Below the pieces are notes generated by a model. The model was given only the letters and a program-made list of their open reading frames with translations, ran no database searches and had not been told where the DNA came from. This document shows, one piece after another, positions 46,190 through 56,368 of a stretch of 64,000 nucleotides of DNA. How positions within the stretch are numbered: position 1 is the stretch's first letter; the number at the start of each line of letters is the position of its first letter. The stretch lies in the IMG/VR virus record IMGVR_UViG_2654587547_000001, positions 23,156 to 87,155 of that record; one strand, given 5' to 3'. This stretch comes from a virus. Lineage: Duplodnaviria > Caudoviricetes. Made by a program: the position numbers and the translations under genes.

Positions 46190-47272
46190 ATGGCAAAAAC
46201 TCAATCCAAGGTGCATATGCACATGAGCGGCCGCCTGGCCCTCGCGCGCGGCGCCGTCAAGCTGGGCAGCGATGCCAAAATCGGCTTCGAAGACCTGGAG
46301 AACCTGGGCGTCGGCGTGCGCGCGATGGACTCGGCCCTGACCGGCCCGGCCGTCACGAACGGCGCGATGCTCTCGCACATGCTCCAGACTTGGCTGCCCG
46401 GCACGCTGCGCGTCGTCACCCAGGTGCGCAACATCGACGAGATCGCGGGCATCACGACCGTCGGCCGCTGGGAAGACGATCTGATCAGCCTGCGCGTCGC
46501 CGAGCCCGCGGCCAAGGCCGAGCTGTACGGTGACACCACCAACATCCCGCTGGCCGACTACCGCCAGTCCATCGAATCGCGCGGCATCGTGCGCTTCGAG
46601 CAGGGCTTCCAGGTCGGCAAGCTGGAAGGCGCCCGCCAGGCCGCCATCGGCTATCAGGCGGCGGACGAAAAGCGCCGCGCCGCGACCGAGTCGCTGGACA
46701 TCAGCCGCAACCAAGTCGGCTTCTACGGCTTCAACCAGCCCGACACGAACGTGTATGGCCTGCTGAACGATCCCAGCCTGCCAGCCTTCGTGTCCGCCAC
46801 CACGCCCTGGCTGACCGCGAACTTCGACCAACTGGTCTCGGAATTCACGGGCATGTACAACCAGCTCGAAACCCAGATGGGTGGCGAGCTCAAGGATACG
46901 GCCAAGCTGGTGCTGGTGCTGCCGACCGGCTATCGCTCGATCTTCAGCGTGTACAGCCCCGCAGCCTCGGGCATGACGTTCCGCCAATGGCTGAACGAGA
47001 ACTTCCCGAACGTGCGCGTGGTGACGACGGCCGAATTCAAGGACGCCAACGGCGGCCTGGACGTGGCCTACCTGTTCGTCGAAAACGCGGCCGATCAGGA
47101 CGAGTCGGACATCACCGGCGCCAGCCTGATCCAAGCCGTTCCGGTGCGCTACCAGGTGCTGGGCAGCGAAAACCGCATCAAGGGCTACATCGAAGACGCC
47201 ATAAACGCCACGGCGGGCATCTTCGTGCTGCGCCCCTGGGCGTTCGCCCGCAAGACCATCAGCGCGTCCTGA
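46190..47272 (+). CDS. Major capsid protein (DUF2184-like)
   Basis: 360 aa; RN.VGFYG, YGLLNDP.LP, ATAG....RPWA; followed by terminator. Confidence 0.9.
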   Translation: MAKTQSKVHMHMSGRLALARGAVKLGSDAKIGFEDLENLGVGVRAMDSALTGPAVTNGAMLSHMLQTWLPGTLRVVTQVRNIDEIAGITTVGRWEDDLISLRVAEPAAKAELYGDTTNIPLADYRQSIESRGIVRFEQGFQVGKLEGARQAAIGYQAADEKRRAATESLDISRNQVGFYGFNQPDTNVYGLLNDPSLPAFVSATTPWLTANFDQLVSEFTGMYNQLETQMGGELKDTAKLVLVLPTGYRSIFSVYSPAASGMTFRQWLNENFPNVRVVTTAEFKDANGGLDVAYLFVENAADQDESDITGASLIQAVPVRYQVLGSENRIKGYIEDAINATAGIFVLRPWAFARKTISAS

Positions 47273-47291
47273 TCGTCTCGCGCCGCATAGA

Positions 47292-47316
47292 GGGCCGGGG
47301 AAACCCGGCCTTTTTC
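47292..47316 (+). terminator. Terminator after capsid gene
   Basis: GGCCGGG-GAAA-CCCGGCC-TTTTT. Confidence 0.85.
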
Positions 47317-47331
47317 ATTTCTGGAGTCGAA

Positions 47332-47682
47332 ATGTCTCGCATCTATATCTACAGCACGCTCAGCAACGATCAGCTCTACCAGCTCAAGAATGGCCATTCG
47401 GTCCTGATCGCCGGCAAGGCGAACGTGGCGAACAAGCAGTTGGTGACGCCCAAGGGCAAGGCCACCCCCATCACCGAAGACGAGTTCAACCTGCTGCAGG
47501 AGAACATCGTGTTCAAGGCACACTTCAAGAACGGGTTCGTGGCGGCCAGCCATGAAAAGTCGGACGCGGAAGCGTTCGCCGCACGCGAGCTGGCCCCCAC
47601 GGACAAGTCGGCCCAGGACACCCCGGAAACGGCCAAGAAGCGCAACGCCGGCGGCGCCAAGGTCAAAGACGCCGAGGCCTGA
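47332..47682 (+). CDS. Hypothetical virion-associated protein
   Basis: GGAG RBS; position after capsid. Confidence 0.7.
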   Translation: MSRIYIYSTLSNDQLYQLKNGHSVLIAGKANVANKQLVTPKGKATPITEDEFNLLQENIVFKAHFKNGFVAASHEKSDAEAFAARELAPTDKSAQDTPETAKKRNAGGAKVKDAEA

Positions 47683-47683
47683 C

Positions 47684-48112
47684 ATGGACTTCCCGCTGGC
47701 GAAGTTCCGGATCCTGTTCCCCATGTTCAGCGCCGTCCCGGATGAGGTGGTGCTGTCCGTGGCGGAATGGGCGCAGTGCTACACCAGCGGGCGCGGCTGT
47801 CAGTGCAACGAGCAGCTGTGGATGCTGATCACGGCCCACTTGCTGCAACTGCGGCTGAATGCCGAGGCGGGCAACGGCGGCGCACCTGGCGCGCTGGCCT
47901 CGGCCACCATCGACAAGGTGAGCGTGTCGTTTCAGGCGCCGCCCGCGACCGACTCCTGGTCGCATTGGCTGAACCTGACGCCCTACGGCCAGCAGTTCCT
48001 GGCGCTGTCCAAGATCTGCGCGGCCGGCGGGGTGTACGTGGGCGGCCTGCCCGAACGCGCGGCGTTTCGCAATGTGGGCGGCCTGTCCATCCGCGGGGGA
48101 AGGTTCCGATGA
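47684..48112 (+). CDS. Head-tail adaptor (DUF4054-like)
   Basis: FR..FP.F, L.TAHLL, VSVSF, TPYGQQF. Confidence 0.85.
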   Translation: MDFPLAKFRILFPMFSAVPDEVVLSVAEWAQCYTSGRGCQCNEQLWMLITAHLLQLRLNAEAGNGGAPGALASATIDKVSVSFQAPPATDSWSHWLNLTPYGQQFLALSKICAAGGVYVGGLPERAAFRNVGGLSIRGGRFR

Positions 48113-48585
48113 AGGTGGTGCGCAAGGGCGGCACGGAAAAGCTGCACGCGACGCTGAAAGACGTCGGCGGCAAGCAGATCCGGGTGGGCTTCTTTCCCGA
48201 GGCCAAGTATCCGGACGGCACGCCCGTCGCCTACGTGGCCGCCATTCAGGAATACGGCTATCCACAGGGGAACATACCGGCCCGGCCGTTCATGCGCCCC
48301 ACTGCGGAACAGAAGAAGGCCGAATGGGGCCGGCAGATCGCCGGGGCGGTGCGTGGCGCTATCGATGGCAAGGTCGATGTCGGCCAGGCCTTCGAAGCGC
48401 TTGGCGCGCGGTCGGCCGGCGACATCGCCCGGACGATTTCCCTGGTGACCACGCCGCCGCTAAAGAAGACGACGCTGGAAGCCCGACAAGCCCGGAAGAA
48501 GACGCCCGGGGTGTCCAAGAAGCCCCTGGTCGACACCGGCCAGATGATCCAGTCCGTCAGCCACGTCGTGGAGGATAAATCGTGA
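48109..48585 (+). CDS. Tail completion / neck protein
   Basis: VG....KYPDG..VA.VA.I.EYG....IPARPF.R; KPLVDTG.M. Confidence 0.8.
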   Translation: MKVVRKGGTEKLHATLKDVGGKQIRVGFFPEAKYPDGTPVAYVAAIQEYGYPQGNIPARPFMRPTAEQKKAEWGRQIAGAVRGAIDGKVDVGQAFEALGARSAGDIARTISLVTTPPLKKTTLEARQARKKTPGVSKKPLVDTGQMIQSVSHVVEDKS

Positions 48586-48950
48586 TTCCAGGAATCAACC
48601 TGCTCGGCATCGCCGCCGGCGTGATCGCGCAACAGGCGCCGGTTTGGCTGAGGTTCAAGACGCGCACGCAGAACGAGCGTGGGCAATGGGTCAACGAGTA
48701 CGAGGCACCGCAGCCGATCCAGGGGTCCTGGCAGCCAGTGGGCGAGTCGACAATCCGCGACTTGGGCCTGGACACGGCTAAGCGCTACCACAACCTCTAT
48801 ACGTCGCACCCTGTCGAGAACGTGCAGCGGGGCGCGGCGCCGGACCAGTTGATCTACGACGGCCGGCGCCATGACGTGGTGGGCGGTGCCGACTGGTATA
48901 CCCAGGACGGCTGGCGCGGCATCCTTTGTGTCGACGTGGGGCCAGCATGA
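48582..48950 (+). CDS. Head closure / collar protein
   Basis: Position in neck cluster, overlapping neighbours. Confidence 0.7.
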   Translation: MIPGINLLGIAAGVIAQQAPVWLRFKTRTQNERGQWVNEYEAPQPIQGSWQPVGESTIRDLGLDTAKRYHNLYTSHPVENVQRGAAPDQLIYDGRRHDVVGGADWYTQDGWRGILCVDVGPA

Positions 48951-49474
48951 AGCAGAAGCAGCTTGAGGCCACCGTCCGCGCGGCGCTGCTGCAGCTGCTG
49001 GCCGAGCAGGGAATCACTCTGCCGGTGCTGGCGGCCTTCCAGCCGACGAAGCAGGGCCGCGTCGACGACGGTATCTACTTCTTTCCGGTCGGCCGGGGGA
49101 AGCGTGGCTGGCAGTCGCGCAAGTACCACGATGACGGCGCTGCGCTCACAGCGACGGAATCCCAGATCAACGAGTCGATGTACCAGTTCCAGGCCTTCGT
49201 CGAGGACGACCTGAGCGCGCCGGATCAGCTTCTGGCCTCGGACATCCTTTCCATTGTCCGCGGCCTGTTGCAGTCCATGAGGTTCACGCAGGCCATGACA
49301 GCGGCGGGAATCGGCGTGCAGCGCGCGACGGACATCGTCACGCCGGCATTCGTGAACGACCGTGACAACTTTGACTTCAACCCGAACTTCACCGTCATCT
49401 TTACCCACCACCGCAACATCACCCAGGCCACGGCGCACATCGAACAGGTTGTGTCGGGCATCCATCGCATTTGA
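48947..49474 (+). CDS. Tail terminator-like protein
   Basis: Immediately upstream of sheath. Confidence 0.7.
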   Translation: MKQKQLEATVRAALLQLLAEQGITLPVLAAFQPTKQGRVDDGIYFFPVGRGKRGWQSRKYHDDGAALTATESQINESMYQFQAFVEDDLSAPDQLLASDILSIVRGLLQSMRFTQAMTAAGIGVQRATDIVTPAFVNDRDNFDFNPNFTVIFTHHRNITQATAHIEQVVSGIHRI

Positions 49475-49484
49475 GGAAAAAGAC

Positions 49485-50993
49485 ATGTCCATCAAGATGA
49501 CTCGCTACGTCCGGATCATCAGTGCGGTGATCGGCGCCAATGCCGTCGCCCAGCAGCAACTGACCGGCCGGCGCTTCACCACTGACCCGCGCGTGCCTGT
49601 CGGGCAGATCGTTTCGGTGCGCCCGGGCGGCGCCGACGACTACTTCGGCTCGGAGTCGCCCGAGGCGGCGTTCGCCCGCCAGTATTTCTCCTACGTCAGC
49701 CCGGCGCCCGCCTCACAGGCGCCCGAGCTTCAATTCGCGGCATATCCCGACGTCGCCCGCCCCGGCCGTTTGTACGGCTACCGGATCTCGGCCAGCCTGG
49801 CCGCCTTCCAGGCAGTCACCGCCGGCGCCATGAACGTCAAGGTCGGCGAGTTCGCCTACGCCCTGACCGATGTTGACCTCTCGGGCGCCACCAGCCTGAC
49901 GAACGTCGCACAGCTGGTCACCGCGGCGATTGCCACGGCTGCCACGGCTCAAACGGGAACCGCCGCAACCGTAACCTACGACGCCATCGCCGGCTCATTT
50001 ACGGTGGCGTCGGCCGCGTCGGGCCCGGGCGCAGTCGTCGTGTCGCCGGCCACTGGCAGCGATATCGGCGCGATGCTGGCGCTGCAGGGTGCCCAGGCGA
50101 TCAGTTCCCCGGGATCGGTCGCCACGACGCCGCTGGAAGCCTTCCGCGCGGCGGAGAACGTCACCGACTCGTTTGGCTCGGCTTCGTTCGGCGCTGCGGT
50201 GGACCTGGAAGACGCGATTCCCCTGGCGGAGTATGTCTCCGGCGAGAACGTGAAGTACCAGATGTACTGGTCGGTGGATTCCGTAACGGCCGATGCCTGG
50301 AATGCGGCCATGATTGGCACCGCTTCCAACGGCCTCGTCCTGAACGGCACGGCCGGCGAGTACAAGGAAGCCCTGCCGATGGCGGTGATGGCGGCCACGG
50401 ACTACGACCGTACCAACGCCACCATCAACTACATGTTCCGGCAGTCCGGAGTGACGCTCACCTCCGACGTGACTGACGACCAAATGGCCGACTTCTACGA
50501 CGCGCGCCGGGTCAATTACTACGGCCAGACGGCCAGCGCCGGCCAGAAGATCTCGTTCTTTCAGCGGGGCTACCTCATGGGCGGCGCGACGGCTCCGCTG
50601 GATATGTCGGTGCACGCCAACGAGCAATGGTTGAAGGCGTACATGACGGCCCAGCTTATGAGCCTGCTGCTGACCACGAACAAGATCCCGGCCAACAACG
50701 ACGGCCGCGGCATGGTCATGGCGATCATCCAGGGCGGGGTCAACAAGGCGCTGAACAACGGCACGATCCTGATCGGCAAGACGCTGACCGAGTTGCAGAA
50801 GGTCGCGGTGACGCAACTGACCAACGACCCGCTGGCCTGGCACGACGTGCAGGACAACGGCTACTGGTGCAACGTCAGTATCGAGCAGGAAACGGGCGAA
50901 TCGGGTGTGACCGAGTACACGGCCAAGTACACGCTGGTCTATTCGAAGGGCGACATGGTCCGGAAGGTGGACGGCTCGCACAACCTGGTCTGA
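49485..50993 (+). CDS. Tail sheath protein (DUF3383-like)
   Basis: About 502 aa; RVNYYG.T, NE.WLK, ALNNG.I, V.G...LV end. Confidence 0.88.
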   Translation: MSIKMTRYVRIISAVIGANAVAQQQLTGRRFTTDPRVPVGQIVSVRPGGADDYFGSESPEAAFARQYFSYVSPAPASQAPELQFAAYPDVARPGRLYGYRISASLAAFQAVTAGAMNVKVGEFAYALTDVDLSGATSLTNVAQLVTAAIATAATAQTGTAATVTYDAIAGSFTVASAASGPGAVVVSPATGSDIGAMLALQGAQAISSPGSVATTPLEAFRAAENVTDSFGSASFGAAVDLEDAIPLAEYVSGENVKYQMYWSVDSVTADAWNAAMIGTASNGLVLNGTAGEYKEALPMAVMAATDYDRTNATINYMFRQSGVTLTSDVTDDQMADFYDARRVNYYGQTASAGQKISFFQRGYLMGGATAPLDMSVHANEQWLKAYMTAQLMSLLLTTNKIPANNDGRGMVMAIIQGGVNKALNNGTILIGKTLTELQKVAVTQLTNDPLAWHDVQDNGYWCNVSIEQETGESGVTEYTAKYTLVYSKGDMVRKVDGSHNLV

Positions 50994-51012
50994 CCGGGCA
51001 GTTAACACTTCG

Positions 51013-51038
51013 GGCGGCCTGCGGGCCGTCTTTCTTTT
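51013..51038 (+). terminator. Terminator-like hairpin between sheath and tube
   Basis: GGCGGCC-TGCG-GGCCGTC-TTTCTTTT. Confidence 0.6.
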
Positions 51039-51049
51039 GAGGATCAGAC

Positions 51050-51499
51050 ATGTACGATATTTCCGCTATCGGGGTTGCGCTGCGCTGCGTGGCTAGCGAG
51101 TCCTTCCCGTCCGGCTTCACGATCACCGAATTCGCCGACGACGCGGATCCGTTCGACCTCCCTGCCATCGATATCGCGACGCCGGCGATGACGGTCAACG
51201 GTGACCTGGTGACTTTCAGCGCGCCGACGCCCATCGCCATCACCTTAAACGTCATCCCGGGCAGCGAGGCGGACAACAATCTCGCCGTCATTTTCGAGGC
51301 CAACCGCGCCGCCAAGAACAAGCGCCACGCTCGTGACGAGATCACGCTGGTGGGCACCTATCCCGACGGTGCAAGCCTGACGCTCAGCGAAGGCAAGATG
51401 ACCAACGGCATGCCCGGCAACTCGCCGGCGTCCGCCGGCCGCCTCAAGTCGAAGTCCTACACCTTCGCCTTCCAGAACCTCTCGCGCACCCGCGCATAA
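51050..51499 (+). CDS. Tail tube protein
   Basis: 149 aa after sheath; FPSGF.IT.FADD.DP. Confidence 0.82.
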   Translation: MYDISAIGVALRCVASESFPSGFTITEFADDADPFDLPAIDIATPAMTVNGDLVTFSAPTPIAITLNVIPGSEADNNLAVIFEANRAAKNKRHARDEITLVGTYPDGASLTLSEGKMTNGMPGNSPASAGRLKSKSYTFAFQNLSRTRA

Positions 51500-51508
51500 G
51501 GGCCCGTC

Positions 51509-51964
51509 ATGGCAGACCTGATCAAACCCCGCGTCGTCATGGTCAAGAACCGTGACGGCGTGGAGAAGGCGTTCACCATTTCCCGCCTACCGGCAACGGT
51601 GGCGCGGGAGGTGATCGCCAAATACCCGCTTTCGAACATTCCCAAGCTGGGCGACTACGCGACCTCGGAAGAGGTCATGAAGAAGCTGATGTGCTACGTG
51701 GCGGTGGATCTGGACGGTCGCGAGCAGTGCCTGACAACCCAGGCGCTCATCGACAACCACGTTGACGACGGCATCCAGCTCATGAAGCTGGAGGTCGAGA
51801 TGATCGAGGAAAACACCGGTTTTTTCGGACTCGGCGGGCAGCGCGGTTTCCTCGATTGCCTGCTGGAAAAGTTCCTCCTATCGATTACGCCAATGCTGAC
51901 CCCTTTATTGGAGCAATTGTCAGCTCCGGCCTCGCCCGACTCGCCGAGCTCAAAACCGAAATAG
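51509..51964 (+). CDS. Tail assembly chaperone
   Basis: Between tube and tape measure; contains slippery T TTT TTC at 51820. Confidence 0.8.
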   Translation: MADLIKPRVVMVKNRDGVEKAFTISRLPATVAREVIAKYPLSNIPKLGDYATSEEVMKKLMCYVAVDLDGREQCLTTQALIDNHVDDGIQLMKLEVEMIEENTGFFGLGGQRGFLDCLLEKFLLSITPMLTPLLEQLSAPASPDSPSSKPK

Positions 51965-52053
51965 ACCTGGAGGAGGCGATGGACCTCTGGGAAATCGCCA
52001 CGACCAACAAGGTCAACGAGATCCGCGCGATGGAAGCGGAAAAAAGGAAGTGA
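51820..52053 (+). CDS. -1 frameshift extension of tail assembly chaperone (gpGT-like)
   Basis: -1 frame open from 51820 to TGA 52053, ending one base before the tape measure ATG. Confidence 0.7.
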   Translation, partial: FFRTRRAARFPRLPAGKVPPIDYANADPFIGAIVSSGLARLAELKTEIDLEEAMDLWEIATTNKVNEIRAMEAEKRK

Positions 52054-52054
52054 C

Positions 52055-53671
52055 ATGGCCTTGCTGGATGCTCTGACCTACATCATCGACGCGGACAACT
52101 CCAAGCTGAACAAGGAGATCGACAAGTCTGAGAAGAAGACCGACGAGTTCGGAAAGTCGATGCTGACGGCCGAGGGCCGTGCCGGTTTGATGGAACAGAA
52201 GATCAAGGGGGCTTTTACCCGGATCGGAGCTGCCATCCTGGCGACCGTTGCTGCGTCCAAGGCCCTGGAGACGTTCAACAACCATGTGCAGACGGTCGAG
52301 CAGATCCGCAATACCAGCGATGCCCTGGGGGTTGCGATCGAGGATGTCGACGCATTCGGCAAGGCAATCGAGCGGATGGGCGGGGACGCTCAGGGCGCGC
52401 GCGACTCCCTGACGGACATGGCCGAGTCCATCGGCGAGGCGCTTCAGGACGTAGAATCCGGCCGCGCCAAGACCTTCAAGGCGCTTGGCATAAGTCTCAA
52501 GGACGTCAATGGCAACGCCAAGAATGCCGTGCAGGGCATGGTGGAATTGGCCGGCGCCGTCGAAGGGATGGGCCGCGAGCAGGCGGTCTTTCGCATCAAG
52601 GAGCTGGGCATCACCGACAACCGGTCGGTGGAGCTGCTGCTGAAAGGGCGCCAGGAAGTAGAGCGCATGCTGCGCGTGCAGAAAGAGCAAGGCGTCGTAA
52701 CCAAGGAGTCTGCCGAGCGTGTCCGCGTCTACTCGGAAGGCTTAGCCAAGCTGAAGCAAAGCGCGGGCGTGGCGACGAGCGGCATTGTGGACTGGATCCT
52801 CCCGGCCATTACCTGGTTCATCCAAAAGTTGGACGCCGTCGTGAGCTGGATGAACCGGCACGACACTTTCGTGAAGGGCTTCTTCATCGGCCTGACGACG
52901 ATCCTGACGGCGATGTTCCTGCCTGCGGTGATATCGGCCACCGCTGCGGTGTGGGCGCTGATCGCCCCGTTCCTGGCTGTTGCGGTGCCAATCGCAGCTG
53001 TGGTGGCGCTGTTCGCGCTGCTGTACGACGACGTGATGAACTTCCTCGATGGGAACGATTCGCTGATCGGGCAGATCTCGGAGAAGTATCCGATCGTCGG
53101 CGAGACGGTCAAGGCGATGGCGGAGGCTGTGAAGGCGGCGTTCAAGTGGGTCGTGGATGCTATCGACGGGGCCTGGGAGACCATCAAGGGGTTCCCTACC
53201 AAGGCTGTCGGGGCGTTTGCCGCGATGGGCGCCAGCATCAGCAATATCTTCGATGCCATCGTGAAGGTGGTTAAAAGCGCCTGGTCCTACGTGGGCAGCG
53301 TTTTCGACAGTGTGTCGTCGGTCATCAAGAAAATCGGAAAGTGGCTTGGATTCGGTGGTGGTGATGACATTGAAGTTTCGTCGTCGGCAGTTTCCAAGGG
53401 CGTGTCCGATGCCGAGGCCAAGGCGGCCGACAACATGAAGGCAGCCCAGGCCCAGCTTGATCAAGCATCGGCGAACCCCATGAATTCGGTGACGTCGAAT
53501 GCGATTTCGAACGCGAGCAACAGCCACACGGAAACCAACGTCCAAGTCGGTCAAGTAAATGTCCAGACGCAGGCAACCGACGCTCAGGGCATCAGCCGGG
53601 ATATCGGCGGTGGATTGAAGGACGAACTAAAGAATCTGCAGGCTGATTCCGCCAGTGGAGTGAAACGGTAA
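52055..53671 (+). CDS. Tape measure protein
   Basis: 538 aa, helical, hydrophobic central segment, Trp/Phe-spaced repeats. Confidence 0.88.
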   Translation: MALLDALTYIIDADNSKLNKEIDKSEKKTDEFGKSMLTAEGRAGLMEQKIKGAFTRIGAAILATVAASKALETFNNHVQTVEQIRNTSDALGVAIEDVDAFGKAIERMGGDAQGARDSLTDMAESIGEALQDVESGRAKTFKALGISLKDVNGNAKNAVQGMVELAGAVEGMGREQAVFRIKELGITDNRSVELLLKGRQEVERMLRVQKEQGVVTKESAERVRVYSEGLAKLKQSAGVATSGIVDWILPAITWFIQKLDAVVSWMNRHDTFVKGFFIGLTTILTAMFLPAVISATAAVWALIAPFLAVAVPIAAVVALFALLYDDVMNFLDGNDSLIGQISEKYPIVGETVKAMAEAVKAAFKWVVDAIDGAWETIKGFPTKAVGAFAAMGASISNIFDAIVKVVKSAWSYVGSVFDSVSSVIKKIGKWLGFGGGDDIEVSSSAVSKGVSDAEAKAADNMKAAQAQLDQASANPMNSVTSNAISNASNSHTETNVQVGQVNVQTQATDAQGISRDIGGGLKDELKNLQADSASGVKR

Positions 53672-54213
53672 TGCAGCTATCAGACAGCCTTTCGACGTCC
53701 ACGCAGCAACAGGTGGCCATCCTCGATGCTGAGAGCTTTGAGACCCTATTTGCGTCTGCCCATCCCATGCGGGTGTCGGTGATGGAAGCGAAGCGGGCCA
53801 CCAAGTTTGCGGTCGAGGACGGCACCGAACGGTCTGACCATGTCGTGCGTGAGCTGATAGAGATCCAGATCGACTTCCTGCTGGCCGACGACACGCGCAA
53901 TCAGTTCGAGTCGCTGCGGCAGGCGTTCGAGCAGAACAAGCTGCTGGCGGTCCAGACGAAGGTCAGGTCCTACGAAAGCATGCTGATCGTAGCAATGCCT
54001 CATGACGAGGCGGCCGAGCTTGGCATGGCCGTCAACGTCCCGATACGGATGCAAGAATGGATCGAGGTAAAGCCGGAGTTCGGCGAGCTGCCGCCGACGA
54101 AGGTGGAGAACAAAAGCCAGTCCAGCACCGTGAAGCGCGGCCAGCAGACCACAGAAGAATCGGGTGAAGGCAAGAAGCGGCAGGGCAGCGTACTGAGCGG
54201 GGTGTTTAAGTGA
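53671..54213 (+). CDS. Baseplate / tube initiator protein
   Basis: T.FAVEDG...SDH motif; follows tape measure. Confidence 0.75.
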   Translation: MQLSDSLSTSTQQQVAILDAESFETLFASAHPMRVSVMEAKRATKFAVEDGTERSDHVVRELIEIQIDFLLADDTRNQFESLRQAFEQNKLLAVQTKVRSYESMLIVAMPHDEAAELGMAVNVPIRMQEWIEVKPEFGELPPTKVENKSQSSTVKRGQQTTEESGEGKKRQGSVLSGVFK

Positions 54214-54518
54214 GAGACGTGAATCTCTTGGCGCTGCCGAATCAGTCTTTCTCCGTCACGATCAACGGCGTGCTGTGGGAGCTGGCTGTCAAAGTGGCGC
54301 GCGGGACAATGCTGGCCGACGTGAAGCGGGATGGCGTGGACCTGGTGCTGGGCCAGCGGATCGTGGCCGAGTGTCCCATCCTGCCGTACCGATACCTGAG
54401 CCACCAGGGCAACTTCGTCATCTTGACGCGCGACGGCGAGCTGCCGTGGTGGGAGGAGTTCGGGCGATCGCAGTCCCTGGTCTACCTGGAACCGACGGAG
54501 GTTGGAATCGATGATTGA
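54210..54518 (+). CDS. Baseplate plug-like protein
   Basis: PNQSFSV.I; overlaps neighbours. Confidence 0.7.
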   Translation: MRDVNLLALPNQSFSVTINGVLWELAVKVARGTMLADVKRDGVDLVLGQRIVAECPILPYRYLSHQGNFVILTRDGELPWWEEFGRSQSLVYLEPTEVGIDD

Positions 54519-55335
54519 CCTACGCGCCATCCGGATCGGGATCGAGGTGTCCGGCCGGACGAACTACTACAGCGCACAGGACGGGATGCGGATCAAGGCC
54601 AGCGGCACGAAGTACGCCAACGCCACTCAGAACGAGTGCAGCGTGACGATCTCGAACCTGCGGCGCGAGACGCGCGATTTCCTGCTGACAGAGACAAGCC
54701 CCTTCAACCAGAACCGCACGCCGAAGCGCCTGGTTGTCGAGGTTGGCCGCGTCTCCACAGGGCTGTTCAAGGTCTACACGGGGGACATCATCAGCGCGGA
54801 GCCCAGCAGCCCGCCGGACGTGGACATCGTCTTGAAGTCCAAGACTGGCAACGCGGCGAACGGTGCAGTCGTGTCGAAGAGCGCCCAGGCCACGTCCAAG
54901 CTGTCGGCAATTGCCGCGGCGATTGCCACCGACATCGGCGCCACCTTGGACTTCCAGGCCCTGGACAAGCTGATCGCCAACTACACCTACACCGGCGGCG
55001 CGCTGGGCCAGGTCAATCGCCTGGCGGAAGCGGGCGGGGTTCGGGCATTCGTGGATGACACCCGGCTGATCGTGCAGGACTTCGACAAGGCCGTGAGAGG
55101 CCGCGTCAAGATCCTGAACATGAACAGCGGCATGGTGGGCATCCCCAAGGCAACGGAGAAGGGCGTGGAGGTGACCTATCTGATCGACGGAGAGTCGGTC
55201 TTGGGCGGCACGCTGCGCCTGGATAGCAAGTTCAACAAGTCTCTCAACGGCGACTACAAGATCGATCAACTGAAGTTCGACGTGGCAAGCCACGAAGATC
55301 CATTTTTCTATCAAGCGACATGCAGCCGACTGTAG
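54511..55335 (+). CDS. Baseplate hub protein
   Basis: I.NL....R, GDI, SGMVGIP, NG.Y.I..L. Confidence 0.78.
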   Translation: MIDLRAIRIGIEVSGRTNYYSAQDGMRIKASGTKYANATQNECSVTISNLRRETRDFLLTETSPFNQNRTPKRLVVEVGRVSTGLFKVYTGDIISAEPSSPPDVDIVLKSKTGNAANGAVVSKSAQATSKLSAIAAAIATDIGATLDFQALDKLIANYTYTGGALGQVNRLAEAGGVRAFVDDTRLIVQDFDKAVRGRVKILNMNSGMVGIPKATEKGVEVTYLIDGESVLGGTLRLDSKFNKSLNGDYKIDQLKFDVASHEDPFFYQATCSRL

Positions 55336-56027
55336 CCCCCGATATCGACGGCGCCGACGATGGGAGCCTCCCAGGCGTCCTGAAGTCATGGATCCGCTCG
55401 TTCATTCGCGAGAACCTGGACGACATGCTTCCGGCGCAGGTCGTGTCCTATGACGACACGTCAAATCGGGCCGTCATTAAGCCGCTGATCATGGTGGGCA
55501 CGACGGATGGGCAGAAGATATCTCGGGGCAGTATCCCCAATATTCCGGTTTTCCGGTTCGGCGGCGGCGGCTTCTTCATGCGGTTCCCCATCAAGCAAGG
55601 GGACTTCGGTTGGCTGAAGGCGAACGACCGCGACGTGTCCCTGATGTTCCAGCGTGGGGGCAGGGAGGACTGGCCGAACACCGAGCGGCTGCATTCGTTC
55701 TCCGACGCGATGTTCTTCCCGGACACGATCAAGGATTGGGCGATCGAGGGCGAAAACGCGGACGCGCTGGTCCTGCAGTCGATGGACGGTTCGGTCTGCA
55801 TCTCGCTGCACGCGGGCGAGGTTCGGATTAAGGCGCCCAAGGCGACAGTGGAAATACCCGAGACGGAATGGATCGGGAACATCGAATTCAAGGGCAACGT
55901 CGCTACCAGCGGCGGGAACGTGGTTATGTCTGGCGGCACCATATCGCACGACGGCAAGAACATTGGAAGCACCCACAATCACAGCGGGGTGCAGCCGGGC
56001 AGCGGCAACTCAGGAGGCCCAAATTGA
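55320..56027 (+). CDS. Baseplate central spike (Gp138-like)
   Basis: OB-fold N-terminus, R.HSFSDA, C-terminal THNHSGV iron-binding tip. Confidence 0.85.
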   Translation: MQPTVAPDIDGADDGSLPGVLKSWIRSFIRENLDDMLPAQVVSYDDTSNRAVIKPLIMVGTTDGQKISRGSIPNIPVFRFGGGGFFMRFPIKQGDFGWLKANDRDVSLMFQRGGREDWPNTERLHSFSDAMFFPDTIKDWAIEGENADALVLQSMDGSVCISLHAGEVRIKAPKATVEIPETEWIGNIEFKGNVATSGGNVVMSGGTISHDGKNIGSTHNHSGVQPGSGNSGGPN

Positions 56028-56368
56028 TCTCGTTTCAGACCGACGACAACAACGACTTCGTGACGCTGCCCAACGGCAACCTGGCGATGGTTTCGGATGC
56101 GCAGGCGGTGGCGCAGGAGGCCCAGCATTTCGCAGCCACGACGCGCGAGGAAATGATCCACGCCTACGACGAGGGCATCCCGTTCCTGCGCGAGGCGTTC
56201 AGCAAGCAGCCGAACCTGGCGCAGTTCGAGGCTTCTTTGCGCCGGCGCCTGCTCGACACGCCGGACGTCACCGGCATCGTGAGCCTCGTCACACAGATTG
56301 AGGGCGAGTCGCTGAAGTACACGGCGACGCTACAAACCACCTACGGCACGGTAACGATCAATGGCTGA
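56024..56368 (+). CDS. Baseplate wedge protein (gp25-like)
   Basis: TTG after AGGAGG; E......GIP, TPDVTGI, T.YG. Confidence 0.7.
   Translation: MISFQTDDNNDFVTLPNGNLAMVSDAQAVAQEAQHFAATTREEMIHAYDEGIPFLREAFSKQPNLAQFEASLRRRLLDTPDVTGIVSLVTQIEGESLKYTATLQTTYGTVTING

Noticed and set aside
42602-47134. Long minus-strand ORFs (e.g. 493 aa at 42602-44083, 388 aa at 45968-47134)
   Set aside because: Shadow ORFs opposite well-supported structural genes, expected in GC-rich DNA
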